DNA of 64,000 nucleotides, taken from Thermodesulfobacteriota bacterium (GTDB lineage Bacteria > Desulfobacterota_D > UBA1144 > Nemesobacterales > UBA2774). The stretch's first letter is position 1. Each line of letters starts with the position of its first letter. Positions 49,551 through 59,224 of this stretch are shown here, piece by piece. A program made the position numbers and the translations under genes. Under the pieces are notes generated by a model. The model was given only the letters and a program-made list of their open reading frames with translations. It ran no database searches and was not told where the DNA came from. The DNA is taken from NCBI GenBank assembly GCA_965223335.1, contig OZ244991.1, forward strand, positions 32,001 through 96,000, given 5' to 3'.

Positions 49551-50147
49551 ATGGGTTTTATAAAAACTCTAATTTTTCTTTTGCTGGTAATAGCACTCGC
49601 AGGATTCGCATATATATATTCGGGCTCATACAATATAGCAGCCACGGCACCCCATAGTCCCATAGCCGAGTGGATTTTCAAAACCATAAAGAACCACTCA
49701 ATTAAAAAACACGCGGAAGGAATAGAGAGACCACGACTTAATGACGAAGCCATGGTGCGCGACGGTTTTGTGCATTACGAGCAGATGTGTGCAGGGTGCC
49801 ACGGAGCCCCCGGCAAAGACCCAGCCCAGGGTTTTAACCCCTCCCCTCCCGAACTCTCGGACGAGGCCGAAGAAATGAGCTCGGCTGAACTGTTCTGGAT
49901 AATCAAAAACGGCATAAAGATGACGGGGATGCCTGCATACGGCCCCTCACACTCGGACGATGAGCTCTGGACCATAGTGGCATTCCTAAAAACCCTGCCC
50001 GACCTGGGTGAAGAAGGCTACAGCGATATGATCGATACATATGGGGATACCAAGATTGAACACGACCATGATCATAGTACTGAAACTGAAAACAGCGAGA
50101 CTGAGAACAACGTCGACACAGAATCACCTTCAGAGACGCAACTCTAA
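49551..50147 (+). CDS. Membrane-anchored monoheme cytochrome c
   Basis: CAGCH heme motif, GIKMTGMP, N-terminal TM, His/acidic tail. Confidence 0.9.
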   Translation: MGFIKTLIFLLLVIALAGFAYIYSGSYNIAATAPHSPIAEWIFKTIKNHSIKKHAEGIERPRLNDEAMVRDGFVHYEQMCAGCHGAPGKDPAQGFNPSPPELSDEAEEMSSAELFWIIKNGIKMTGMPAYGPSHSDDELWTIVAFLKTLPDLGEEGYSDMIDTYGDTKIEHDHDHSTETENSETENNVDTESPSETQL

Positions 50148-50194
50148 TTTCATTAAACAAGTTAATGTAGGTTTGAAAAATACAAGTCAGCAAA

Positions 50195-51913
50195 CTAATT
50201 GGCGACTACTATCCGGTCCCGGCCCTCGTTCTTAGCCTTATATAGAGCCTTGTCTGCAGATTCCAAAAGCGACTCGACCGTGGTACCGTGTTCAGAAAAC
50301 ACTACAACTCCCATAGACACATTTACAGAATCTATTAACTTACCCTTGTACCACACATGCAGGCCCTTAATGTCTTCTTTTATCTGCTCGGCCCTTCTCC
50401 TTGTGTTCTCGAGTGACGATTCCGGCAATATGAGTATAAATTCCTCCCCACCGTAACGACACGCTATATCTTCACGTCTTATCTGTTCTTGGAGAAAGGT
50501 GCCAAGTCTACGCAATAGCTCATCACCCGCCGGATGCCCGTGCTGGTCATTAAACTCCTTAAAATAATCAATGTCGAGCATGATAACACCAAGAGGCACT
50601 TTTTTACGTGTGACCCTGCTTATTTCGCGCTTTAGTGTTTCTTCCATGTACCTGCGGTTAAATAACCCTGTGAGTGCATCGTGTACCGCATAATCTTGTA
50701 GGGTCTCTCGCAGTTTAAGGTTACCAATTGCAAGCCCTGAATGCTTGGCAAGGCTGGCTACAAGTACTTTACTCTCTTTGATAGAACGGGGCATGTGACC
50801 GTTAGAATCGTTATTTCCGTTTTCATGCACAGGGGCCTGCATGTACACCATCCCCATGTGGAGACCCTGTGATAACAACGGTGCACACATATAGCTCCTA
50901 CCTTTAAGCGGCACCAAATGCTTACACACAGGCTCGTTCTCTGTATCCTCGACCGCATGCACCTCGCCCCTGCGAAATGCCCAACACTCATGCGGAATAA
51001 ATGCACGCTCGCTAAAAAGTTTGTCACCCCAGCTAAGCGCGTTCTCTAATAGATCAGATGTCTCGTTGATAATGTAGAGCGCTCCGGATTCCTCGGGGAA
51101 CAATTTTTGAGCATAGCTGGTAATTATGGAGTAGACCTCATCCACCCTATAAGCTGCTAGGAGCATCTCGTCCATCTCATTAAGCAGCATCATTTTTTGG
51201 TTGTAAAGTTCCATTCTCATAATATAGTCTTTTAAAGAATCCGGGTTTATTTCATCACCCACAATCAGTTCCTGAAACTCTTCAGACCATAGCTTTTGGT
51301 TAAGTGTATCAATGCTCTGTTTAATATTCGTGCTCTCGAGGCTCGTACCTGGTTCGTTGTATGGACTCGGGCTTTGCTGGCGCAAGTGTTCTCTAGACTC
51401 TTCCAATCTGGCGACGTTGCGCCTTAACTCCAGCTGCACCATGACCTGTTTGGCAATTGTGCGTAGCGACATAATCTGTTCGAAAGTAAGGTCCTTAGGT
51501 GCGTGACCTAAGATTGATAATGTGCCGATAGAATGGCCTTCTTTGGTCACTATAGGTACACCCGCATAGTAACGAATATCAGTGCGAGTATCTAGTATTG
51601 GGTTCTTTTTTAAGTCCTCATCCGCAAGAGGGTCAAAAACCGTAAAAACATCTTTTGATTCGAGAATTACATGAGCACCCAGAGATAAGTCCCTCGGCAC
51701 CTCACGAATTGGGCTTTCCATACCTACTATCGATTTGAACCACTCACGTTTGCCATCAACAAACGTAATAGCGGCTATAGGAGTCCTGGATATATAAGCA
51801 GCCAACCTCGCAAGCTCATCGTATATATCTTCAGACTCCGTATCCAATATATCTAAATTATATAAGGCCTTAAGACGATCTTCTTCGTTTCTAGACACTT
51901 GTACTTTCATCAT
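50195..51913 (-). CDS. GAF-GAF-GGDEF diguanylate cyclase
   Basis: EEDRLKALYNLDILDT GAF domain, second GAF with CWAFRRG, DALTGLFNRR, RxxD I-site and GGEEF. Confidence 0.92.
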   Translation of the reverse strand: MMKVQVSRNEEDRLKALYNLDILDTESEDIYDELARLAAYISRTPIAAITFVDGKREWFKSIVGMESPIREVPRDLSLGAHVILESKDVFTVFDPLADEDLKKNPILDTRTDIRYYAGVPIVTKEGHSIGTLSILGHAPKDLTFEQIMSLRTIAKQVMVQLELRRNVARLEESREHLRQQSPSPYNEPGTSLESTNIKQSIDTLNQKLWSEEFQELIVGDEINPDSLKDYIMRMELYNQKMMLLNEMDEMLLAAYRVDEVYSIITSYAQKLFPEESGALYIINETSDLLENALSWGDKLFSERAFIPHECWAFRRGEVHAVEDTENEPVCKHLVPLKGRSYMCAPLLSQGLHMGMVYMQAPVHENGNNDSNGHMPRSIKESKVLVASLAKHSGLAIGNLKLRETLQDYAVHDALTGLFNRRYMEETLKREISRVTRKKVPLGVIMLDIDYFKEFNDQHGHPAGDELLRRLGTFLQEQIRREDIACRYGGEEFILILPESSLENTRRRAEQIKEDIKGLHVWYKGKLIDSVNVSMGVVVFSEHGTTVESLLESADKALYKAKNEGRDRIVVAN

Positions 51914-52089
51914 CCTATCTTATTGGGGCAACTGACTATTTTGCATGGATTTCTGCCAAGCCCATCACTTTATCTTATACTAAATATACACCGATTTTAC
52001 ATATTACAAATAGCATGCAACACACAAACAGAGAATTGACGGATGAAATAAATAGCACCCTCAGATATACTAATCACTTACAATATTCT

Positions 52090-52638
52090 ATGAACATACT
52101 GAATACATTCACTAAAATTGCTATTTTTGTAATTATTTTACTCCTGATCGGGCTCATGGGTTACGCAATTTTTAATAAGTCCGGCTCAAAAAAAATTTCC
52201 CCCTTAGTCGGGAAACCGGCCCCTGTATTTAATCTGGAACTCTATGGCGGCGGTACTATTAATCTAGAGGAATTCCACGGCAAACCGGTGCTGATTAACT
52301 TTTGGGCTTCGTGGTGCATCCCATGTAGGGATGAGGCCCCCGCACTCGAGTCCGCGTGGTCAAAATACAAAGACAAAGGAATTCACTTTGTCGGCGTAAA
52401 TATATGGGATGACAATGAAAACGCCCTAGCTTACTTAAGCAAGTACGGCAGTCAGTATCCCCAGGGTAAGGACCCAAACGATCAGGTTCAACTGGATTAC
52501 GGTGTCGGTGGAGTGCCCGAGACCTATTTCGTTAACAGCGAGGGTATGATAACCGACAAATTCACAGGGCCTCTAAAAGTAGAATATATAGATTATTTCA
52601 TGGACAGGGCCCTCAATAACACAAACCATAGTAAATAA
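52090..52638 (+). CDS. Membrane-anchored CcmG/DsbE/TlpA-like thiol-disulfide oxidoreductase
   Basis: TM anchor, SPLVGKPAP, NFWASWCIPC, YGVGGVPETY. Start ATG 52090 is more likely than 52015. Confidence 0.88.
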   Translation: MNILNTFTKIAIFVIILLLIGLMGYAIFNKSGSKKISPLVGKPAPVFNLELYGGGTINLEEFHGKPVLINFWASWCIPCRDEAPALESAWSKYKDKGIHFVGVNIWDDNENALAYLSKYGSQYPQGKDPNDQVQLDYGVGGVPETYFVNSEGMITDKFTGPLKVEYIDYFMDRALNNTNHSK

Positions 52639-52639
52639 T

Positions 52640-53152
52640 ATGCAAATGCCAACTGCAACTCCAAAAACAGTAACAATAATTACTTTGTGTCATATCCCTC
52701 AAATCATACTCTTTTTAGTTCTTATACTACTCCCCTCAATCGCTCTCACTCAAACCCTTGAGGATAGGGTAAGCACCATTTCCAACGAATTAATGTGCCC
52801 TGTGTGCCAGGGTCAGAGCGTGGGCGAATCCAACTCGCAACTCGCAAACGACATGCGCAATATAATTAGAAAGATGCTAGTAGAGGGTAAGTCCGAGCAC
52901 GAGATCATTGCCTATTTTGTCGATAAGTACGGTGAATCAATTCTGGCAGCCCCACCGACTAGGGGTGTCAACTGGTTTCTATGGATAATGCCGGGTTTAG
53001 CTGTCGTCTTGGGCGCAGTCGTAATTGCGTATTACCTGTACGGAACTACGGGGCCGGCCGAGTCCACAACCAGCAATGGAGATAGAGATAAAACTGAGAG
53101 CAATAAGTATTTAGACCGAATTGAGGACGAGTTAAATAAATTTGAGTCCTAA
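52640..53152 (+). CDS. ccmH: Cytochrome c biogenesis protein CcmH/CycL
   Basis: LMCPVCQGQSVGESNSQLA, YFVDKYGESIL, followed by a TM (LWIMP). Confidence 0.9.
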   Translation: MQMPTATPKTVTIITLCHIPQIILFLVLILLPSIALTQTLEDRVSTISNELMCPVCQGQSVGESNSQLANDMRNIIRKMLVEGKSEHEIIAYFVDKYGESILAAPPTRGVNWFLWIMPGLAVVLGAVVIAYYLYGTTGPAESTTSNGDRDKTESNKYLDRIEDELNKFES

Positions 53153-53161
53153 GCGGGCACC

Positions 53162-54133
53162 TCAGCCCCGAACCCCGCTATAAAACGCATCTACATCACC
53201 AAGAATTTTATCGAAATCGTTTTTAGCATCGTACCAATTAATCTCATTGTCGTGTCTAAGCCAGGTCATCTGCCGCTTTGCAAACCGCTTCGTATCCCTC
53301 TTTATTGATTCTGTTGCGGTCTCAAGTCTAATCTCGCCGTCGATATAGCTATTTATTTCTTTATATCCGATCGACTGCATCGGTTTTAGTTCGGGACCAT
53401 AGCCCATCTCTCTCAGAGCCCTCACCTCCTCCACCACTCCCTCCTCGATCATACGATCCACACGTCTATCAATGTATCCCCTAAGCAGATCGCGATCTAC
53501 GGACAAGCCGATCTTGTAGTAGTCGTATTTCCGGTCCGCAAACCCATGTTCACTCCTTAGTTTTGATACAGGAGTTCCTGTAAGATGATAGACCTCGAGC
53601 GCTCTTTGGATCCTGACATAATCGTTTGGGTGAATAGCCTCGGCAGATGCGGGATCCAACTCCTGCAACCTACTGTACAGATATTCCGCACCGAAAGCAG
53701 AGCGGAGCTTTTGTAGGTTGGATCTAATTTCGGGGTCTGCAGGGTAGCCCTCTATTATCCCCGACAGCAACACCCTTATATATAGGTAGGTCCCTCCCAC
53801 TAGTACGGTCTTGAGACCTCTTCGCTCTAAATGGTCTATAGTGTCCGATGCACGCTGCCTAAATAACCCGGCATTAAACTCCTGGTCCGGATCTAGGATA
53901 TCTATCAAATGATGTGTGATCTGCCTTTTTTGATCCTTTAGGGGTTTAGCTGTGCCAATATCCATATGGCGGTAAACCTGCATAGAATCGGCGCTAATAA
54001 TCTCGGCACCGATACTCTTTGACAACTCAATTGCCAAATCCGTCTTCCCGGCTGCAGTCGGGCCCATAATGACTAACAACTTAGGCCGATTGGATTTATT
54101 GGGTTCTATAGGTGTCACTAGTACTGAGACCAA
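53162..54133 (-). CDS. miaA: tRNA dimethylallyltransferase
   Basis: GPTAAGKT, SADSMQVYRHMDIGTAKP, VGGTYLY, IGYKE, AKRQMTW. Start uncertain (TTG 54133 or GTG 54118). Confidence 0.96.
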   Translation of the reverse strand: MVSVLVTPIEPNKSNRPKLLVIMGPTAAGKTDLAIELSKSIGAEIISADSMQVYRHMDIGTAKPLKDQKRQITHHLIDILDPDQEFNAGLFRQRASDTIDHLERRGLKTVLVGGTYLYIRVLLSGIIEGYPADPEIRSNLQKLRSAFGAEYLYSRLQELDPASAEAIHPNDYVRIQRALEVYHLTGTPVSKLRSEHGFADRKYDYYKIGLSVDRDLLRGYIDRRVDRMIEEGVVEEVRALREMGYGPELKPMQSIGYKEINSYIDGEIRLETATESIKRDTKRFAKRQMTWLRHDNEINWYDAKNDFDKILGDVDAFYSGVRG

Positions 54134-54166
54134 ACGGTTGATGTGGGAACGTTATCAACCGTTTGG
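54130..54166. repeat. Perfect 13-bp inverted repeat (stem-loop) between pnp and miaA
   Basis: CCAAACGGTTGAT-11 nt-ATCAACCGTTTGG. Confidence 0.8.
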
Positions 54167-54190
54167 AAACTTAGGATGAATTGTAATGCC

Positions 54191-56317
54191 TTAACTCTTT
54201 GTAGCTGCGCTATCCCTGTAGTTATCGATATCTTCTTCGAGGGCCTGTTTCCTGCTCAGTCTAATCTTGCCGTCATTTTCCTTGCCTATACATTTAACGA
54301 GCAGTTCATCACCTTCCTTGAGTATATCCTCAACGGTCTTAACGCGCCTGTGCTCAAGCTCAGAGATGTGTACCAAACCGTCCTTGCCGTTTGTGAGCTC
54401 AACAATCGCACCAAAGTCGAGAACCTTTTTCACAGTGCCCAGATAAATCTTGCCGACCTCAACCTCTTCGACCAACTTCTCGATTATGCTAATGGCTTGC
54501 TGGCAGGAATCCCCGTCCACCGACGCTATGTTTACCTTGCCCGTGTCGTCTATATCTATCTGCACACCTGTTGTCTCTATAATCTTCTTAATTGTTTTAC
54601 CGCCTGGACCGATGACGTCTTTAATCTTATCCGTGCTCACAGTCATAGTGACTATCCTCGGGGCATACTCAGACAGGTCACCCCTGGGCTGGGCTAGGAT
54701 CTCGGCCATTTTATCCAGCACAAACATCCGCGCCTCTTTAGCCTGACTAAGCGCCTCCGAAAGTATCTCTTTGGTCACTCCCGTCACCTTAATATCCATC
54801 TGGAGCGCTGTTATACCCTCGTGTGTGCCAGCCACCTTAAAGTCCATGTCTCCCAAGTGGTCCTCATCGCCTAGAATATCCGAGAGAATAACAAAATTAT
54901 CCCCTTCTTTGATAAGTCCCATTGCGATACCGCCCACAGGTGCACTGATTGGTACACCCGCATCCATAAGCGAAAGTGTGGCCCCGCATACCGTTGCCAT
55001 AGAGGACGAACCGTTAGATTCCAGCACCTCAGAGACCACCCTAATTGTATAAGGGAAATCGTCTTTAGAGGGCAGAACATACTTAATTGAGCGTTCGGCG
55101 AGTGCCCCATGGCCTATCTCGCGCCGGCCCGGACCAAGCCTGAAACTGGTCTCTCCCACCGAGTAGGGTGGGAAGTTATAGTGGAGCATAAACGACTTAG
55201 TAATATCACCGTCGAGCGCGTCTATGCGCTGTTCATCGTATGATGTGCCCAGTGTAGCAGTTACAGCTGCCTGAGTCTCGCCCCTGGTGAATAGAGCCGA
55301 GCCATGAGTGCGTGGCAAAAACCCCGCCTCACCGCTTATGTTGCGAACATCGGTATAGCTCCTGCCGTCGGGGCGTTTCCCGTCATTGGCTATGTAGTTC
55401 CGAACAATCTCTTTATGCATCTTTTCAAGCACCTTAGCGGCCTCAGACTCAAACCCGGGGTGCTGCTCGGCTACGAGTTCAATTGTATCTTTAAATATGG
55501 TTTTGACATTTTTACTGCGGTCTTCCTTTGTAGGTGCGAGTGCCGACTCTTTAAGTTTCGGCTCTGCAAACTCTGTCACAACACGAACGACTTCCTCGTT
55601 AAGCTCGGGCTCCAAAACCTCTCTCTTTACAATCTCTACTCCCTCTATAAGCTTCTCCTGCAGGCCGATGAATTCCTGGATACATTCGTGAGCAAATATG
55701 AGCGCTTCCACCATCTCGTTTTCGGGCACTTCCTTTGCGCCTCCCTCAACCATTACGATTGCTTCGCGAGTTCCAGCCACAACCAAGTCCATGTCGCTGG
55801 TTTCCAATTCCGCTTTAGAGGGATTGCATACCAGTGTGCCGTCTATCCTGCCCACACGGACCCCGGCCAGTGGGCCGTCAAAAGGCACATCCGACACGGT
55901 AAGCGCCGCAGACGCCGCTGTGATGGAAAGAATATCGGGATCGTTCTCCTGATCGGCTGAGAACACCGTAACAATAATCTGAGTAGAGTACGTAAAGTCT
56001 TTGGGTATAAGCGGTCTTATAGGCCTATCTATAAGCCTCGATGTTAAAATCTCTTTTTCACTCGGTCTACCCTCTCTTTTAAAATACCCGCCCGGGATCT
56101 TTCCCGCAGCTGCAGATTTTTCTTGATAATTAATTGTGAGTGGAAGAAAATCTTCACCTTCAGTCTTTTCAGAAGCAGCAACTAACGTTGCCAACACAAC
56201 TGTGTCTCCAATACTCGCCAATACGGCACCGTTAGACTGCTTTGCCAATCTGCCAGTATCCAGCTTGAAGTGCTTGCCAAATATCTCCCCTTCCACTTTC
56301 CTGGGTTCGTTTATCAA
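54191..56317 (-). CDS. pnp: Polyribonucleotide nucleotidyltransferase
   Basis: SRLIDRPIRP, HGSALFTRGETQ, RREIGHG, ESNGSSSMA, DHLGDMDFKV, KH and S1 domains. Confidence 0.98.
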   Translation of the reverse strand: MINEPRKVEGEIFGKHFKLDTGRLAKQSNGAVLASIGDTVVLATLVAASEKTEGEDFLPLTINYQEKSAAAGKIPGGYFKREGRPSEKEILTSRLIDRPIRPLIPKDFTYSTQIIVTVFSADQENDPDILSITAASAALTVSDVPFDGPLAGVRVGRIDGTLVCNPSKAELETSDMDLVVAGTREAIVMVEGGAKEVPENEMVEALIFAHECIQEFIGLQEKLIEGVEIVKREVLEPELNEEVVRVVTEFAEPKLKESALAPTKEDRSKNVKTIFKDTIELVAEQHPGFESEAAKVLEKMHKEIVRNYIANDGKRPDGRSYTDVRNISGEAGFLPRTHGSALFTRGETQAAVTATLGTSYDEQRIDALDGDITKSFMLHYNFPPYSVGETSFRLGPGRREIGHGALAERSIKYVLPSKDDFPYTIRVVSEVLESNGSSSMATVCGATLSLMDAGVPISAPVGGIAMGLIKEGDNFVILSDILGDEDHLGDMDFKVAGTHEGITALQMDIKVTGVTKEILSEALSQAKEARMFVLDKMAEILAQPRGDLSEYAPRIVTMTVSTDKIKDVIGPGGKTIKKIIETTGVQIDIDDTGKVNIASVDGDSCQQAISIIEKLVEEVEVGKIYLGTVKKVLDFGAIVELTNGKDGLVHISELEHRRVKTVEDILKEGDELLVKCIGKENDGKIRLSRKQALEEDIDNYRDSAATKS

Positions 56318-56340
56318 AATACTACCTCCTTAGTTAATAC

Positions 56341-56610
56341 CTACTTTCTTAAGCCTAGTTTTTTTATTATATCCTGGTACTTCTCAGGTCTTTTTCTCTT
56401 TATGTAATTTAGCAGCTTCCTTCTCTTTGCCACCATAAGCACAAGCCCCCGCCTGGAATGGAAGTCCTTTGGGGCATTGGCCATATGTTCCGACAGGTCC
56501 TGTATACGCCTCGACAAAAGTGCTACCTGTACCTCAGGCGAGCCGACGTCTTTGTCGTTTATATGGAACTCGTTTATTATCTCGGTTTTCTCTTCTTTAC
56601 CAACAGACAT
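56341..56610 (-). CDS. rpsO: 30S ribosomal protein S15
   Basis: [24 protein letters not shown]. Confidence 0.98.
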   Translation of the reverse strand: MSVGKEEKTEIINEFHINDKDVGSPEVQVALLSRRIQDLSEHMANAPKDFHSRRGLVLMVAKRRKLLNYIKRKRPEKYQDIIKKLGLRK

Positions 56611-56657
56611 CTATACTGCCTCCTTATATTGTCAATTATATCCTATACACCGTTTGT

Positions 56658-57569
56658 TCAGTTAAATACTCTAAGAAGTTTTAGTACAACATCTTCCTCT
56701 TTAAGTACTCTGAGCTCACTATAATTTACCATAGCCTCAGCAATACACACTATGTCTCGACCCTGATACACCATTAGCCTATCCCCAATTTTGAATTCCG
56801 GCAAATCAGAACTCGTAAGCTTTGATTTCGTTAACTGCTTTCCTTCTCTTATCATAGACGCTATATCCCCCCCGACCTCTACCTCTCCCAAGTGCGATAG
56901 AGCCTCGTTAAGACCCAAAATTTTATGCTCCCCCTGCTCCACATCTTCGATCGTCACAGCATCGCGGATCTCAAACTTGCCGCTTCCGAGCCGCCTAAGC
57001 TCGCTAAGGTGACCCCCGCAACCAAGCTCATTCGCAATATCCGATCCAAGCACTCTCACGTAAGACCCCTTTGAGCAGTGCACATAGATTTTAAGGTAAG
57101 GTGGCGTGTAATCAAGCACTTTAATGTCCTTTATGTATATAGTCCTTGGTTCTCGCTCGACCTCGACTCCCTTTCTCGCAAGCTCATACAGCCTCACACC
57201 ATCTCGCTTAAGCGCAGAGTACATGGGAGGCATCTGCAATGACTCACCCTGAAATTCCTCAACGACTCTATCAATATCTGCTTTATTAAAACCCCCGACG
57301 GGATTATTCTCAAGCTCCCGACCTGTTAGGTCCATTGTATCCGTAACAATTCCCAAGTGAATTACAGCCTCGTATTTTTTAAAATCCTCACCCAGATAAG
57401 GGATGGCCTTGGTCGCACTGTTAAGGCAGATGGGCAGAACTCCTGTGGCAAAGGGGTCCAGTGTCCCAGTGTGACCGGCCTTTTTGGTCTTTAGTAATTT
57501 CTTAACCCTGTTTACCGCAAACTGCGATGTTACCCCGCGCGGCTTGTCGAGCACTATTACACCGTCTAT
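56658..57569 (-). CDS. truB: tRNA pseudouridine(55) synthase
   Basis: DKPRG, GHTGTLDPFATGVL, PPMYSA, CSKGSYVR. Start probably ATA 57569; the ORF track uses GTG 57554. Confidence 0.95.
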   Translation of the reverse strand: MDGVIVLDKPRGVTSQFAVNRVKKLLKTKKAGHTGTLDPFATGVLPICLNSATKAIPYLGEDFKKYEAVIHLGIVTDTMDLTGRELENNPVGGFNKADIDRVVEEFQGESLQMPPMYSALKRDGVRLYELARKGVEVEREPRTIYIKDIKVLDYTPPYLKIYVHCSKGSYVRVLGSDIANELGCGGHLSELRRLGSGKFEIRDAVTIEDVEQGEHKILGLNEALSHLGEVEVGGDIASMIREGKQLTKSKLTSSDLPEFKIGDRLMVYQGRDIVCIAEAMVNYSELRVLKEEDVVLKLLRVFN

Positions 57570-58552
57570 GGCAGCACCTCTGTGATTGAGCTACAAAGTC
57601 TATGCCTAACATCTTTTAGGTCACCGGTTAATGAACAGCCCGCTGCTTTTCTATGCCCACCGCCCCCGAATGTCTCGGCGATGTTTGCAACGTCTACATC
57701 CCCCTTAGAGCGCATGCTGATCTTCCATGTGTCTTCGCCATCTCCATTCTCCTGCCTAAACAACACCGCTACCTCTACTCCGTTTATGCTTCTCGGAATG
57801 TTTACAATGCCTTCAGTGTCATGGCGGTCGGTCCCTGTGGATTCATACATCGATTTATCTACCACTACCGAGGCAATTCTTCCATCCTCGTTAAGCTCGA
57901 GCGTTGGTATTACAAGGCCCAGCAGCTCTATTTTCCTGGGAGGTTCATTTTCGTAAAGGGACTGCGATACAAATTCCGGATCAGCCCCGTGTTCGACCAG
58001 TTTTGCTGCAACCTCAAATGTATCTGAGGTTGTGTTCGAGTACTTAAAAGAACCCGTGTCGCCAACAATCGTAGCATACAGATTTGTTGCTATATCGCTG
58101 TCTATCTTAACGCCCAGATAATTAAGCAGCCTAAAAACAATCATACCCGTCGAGGAAGCACCCCGGTCCAAGAGCATCGTATCGATCTCAATAGAGTTGG
58201 TTTTGTGGTGATCTATAACAGCCATTTTCCCCTCGGCCCCGGTCCCTATCCTAGACGCAAACTCACTGCCCACACGCTCCGTTTCCGAGCAATCGACCAG
58301 GATTATAAGATCAGTACCTTCCCCAAGCCCGTTTAGTCCAGGGATTATGTGATCGGAAAGCGGGAGGAATCGCAGTGTTTCCGGCACCCCGTCGTGGCTA
58401 TACATCGTGACATCCTTATCCAGTTGGCGGAGACCATGACCAAGGCTTAAGATCGAGCCAATCGCATCAGCGTCGGGGTTTTCATGCGATGCTATAAATA
58501 TCGATTTCGCGTCCAAAATCCTTTGTTTAATTAATTCAAGTTCCTTCTTCAC
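57566..58552 (-). CDS. DHH/DHHA1 phosphoesterase (NrnA-like)
   Basis: HENPDADA, IDHH, DTGSF, GGGGH. Confidence 0.92.
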   Translation of the reverse strand: MKKELELIKQRILDAKSIFIASHENPDADAIGSILSLGHGLRQLDKDVTMYSHDGVPETLRFLPLSDHIIPGLNGLGEGTDLIILVDCSETERVGSEFASRIGTGAEGKMAVIDHHKTNSIEIDTMLLDRGASSTGMIVFRLLNYLGVKIDSDIATNLYATIVGDTGSFKYSNTTSDTFEVAAKLVEHGADPEFVSQSLYENEPPRKIELLGLVIPTLELNEDGRIASVVVDKSMYESTGTDRHDTEGIVNIPRSINGVEVAVLFRQENGDGEDTWKISMRSKGDVDVANIAETFGGGGHRKAAGCSLTGDLKDVRHRLCSSITEVLP

Positions 58553-58907
58553 TGTCTATTCCTTTTAGCAACTCGTCGATTCTAAAGCCTTTTTCCATAT
58601 CTTTATCAAATAAAAAACTTAGTTCCGGTACCTTCCTCATTCTAAGCCGCTTGGCCAGATTTTTTTTTATGAAGCCACTTGCCCTCTTAAACCCCCGCCT
58701 CACATCATCAATGTTTTGATCATTTTCCTCTAGTAGAAAAAACACCTTGGCCGAACTAAGATCATCTGTAAGCTTGATACCGGTAAGGTGCACAGTGGTA
58801 AGCCTTGGGTCTCTTACCTCGCCCCTTACAAGCATTAGAGAGATCTCTTTTAGTATCTGCTCAGATACCCTGTCGGACCTCTTGAAATCCTGAGCCACGG
58901 ACGCCAC
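58536..58907 (-). CDS. rbfA: Ribosome-binding factor A
   Basis: RSDRV, VRDPRL, DLSSAKVF, RKVPELSF. Confidence 0.93.
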   Translation of the reverse strand: MASVAQDFKRSDRVSEQILKEISLMLVRGEVRDPRLTTVHLTGIKLTDDLSSAKVFFLLEENDQNIDDVRRGFKRASGFIKKNLAKRLRMRKVPELSFLFDKDMEKGFRIDELLKGIDSEEGT

Positions 58908-58913
58908 TGCTCC

Positions 58914-59204
58914 CTAAAAGTGTATTATCTCAAATTCACGGTTTCCAAGCTCGAGAGCCCCGTTTGACTCCATGAAACCAGTTACCTGGTCAAGCACCGA
59001 GTTCACATACCTCGTATCGTTACTCACAAGGGAGATTCCGATTGTGGCCTTCTGCCAGAGATCGTGAGAATCGACCTCGGAAATCGAAACGTTATTGAAA
59101 CGCGATCTAACCTTACCGAAAATGCTTTTAAGTACCTGCCTTTTATCCTTAAGTGACCTATTACCGTTTAGGTATAGCTCAATCTTAAGCACTCCTATGA
59201 CCAT
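58914..59204 (-). CDS. DUF503 (YlxP-like) protein
   Basis: SLKDKRQV, VSISEV...DLWQKA; conserved position after infB. Confidence 0.88.
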   Translation of the reverse strand: MVIGVLKIELYLNGNRSLKDKRQVLKSIFGKVRSRFNNVSISEVDSHDLWQKATIGISLVSNDTRYVNSVLDQVTGFMESNGALELGNREFEIIHF

Positions 59205-59224
59205 TTACACTCACTATATTTAAA

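Noticed and set aside
26043..53161. Prophage, ICE or IS element explaining the accessory block
   Set aside because: No integrase, transposase, phage structural gene, terminal inverted repeats or att-like duplication found.
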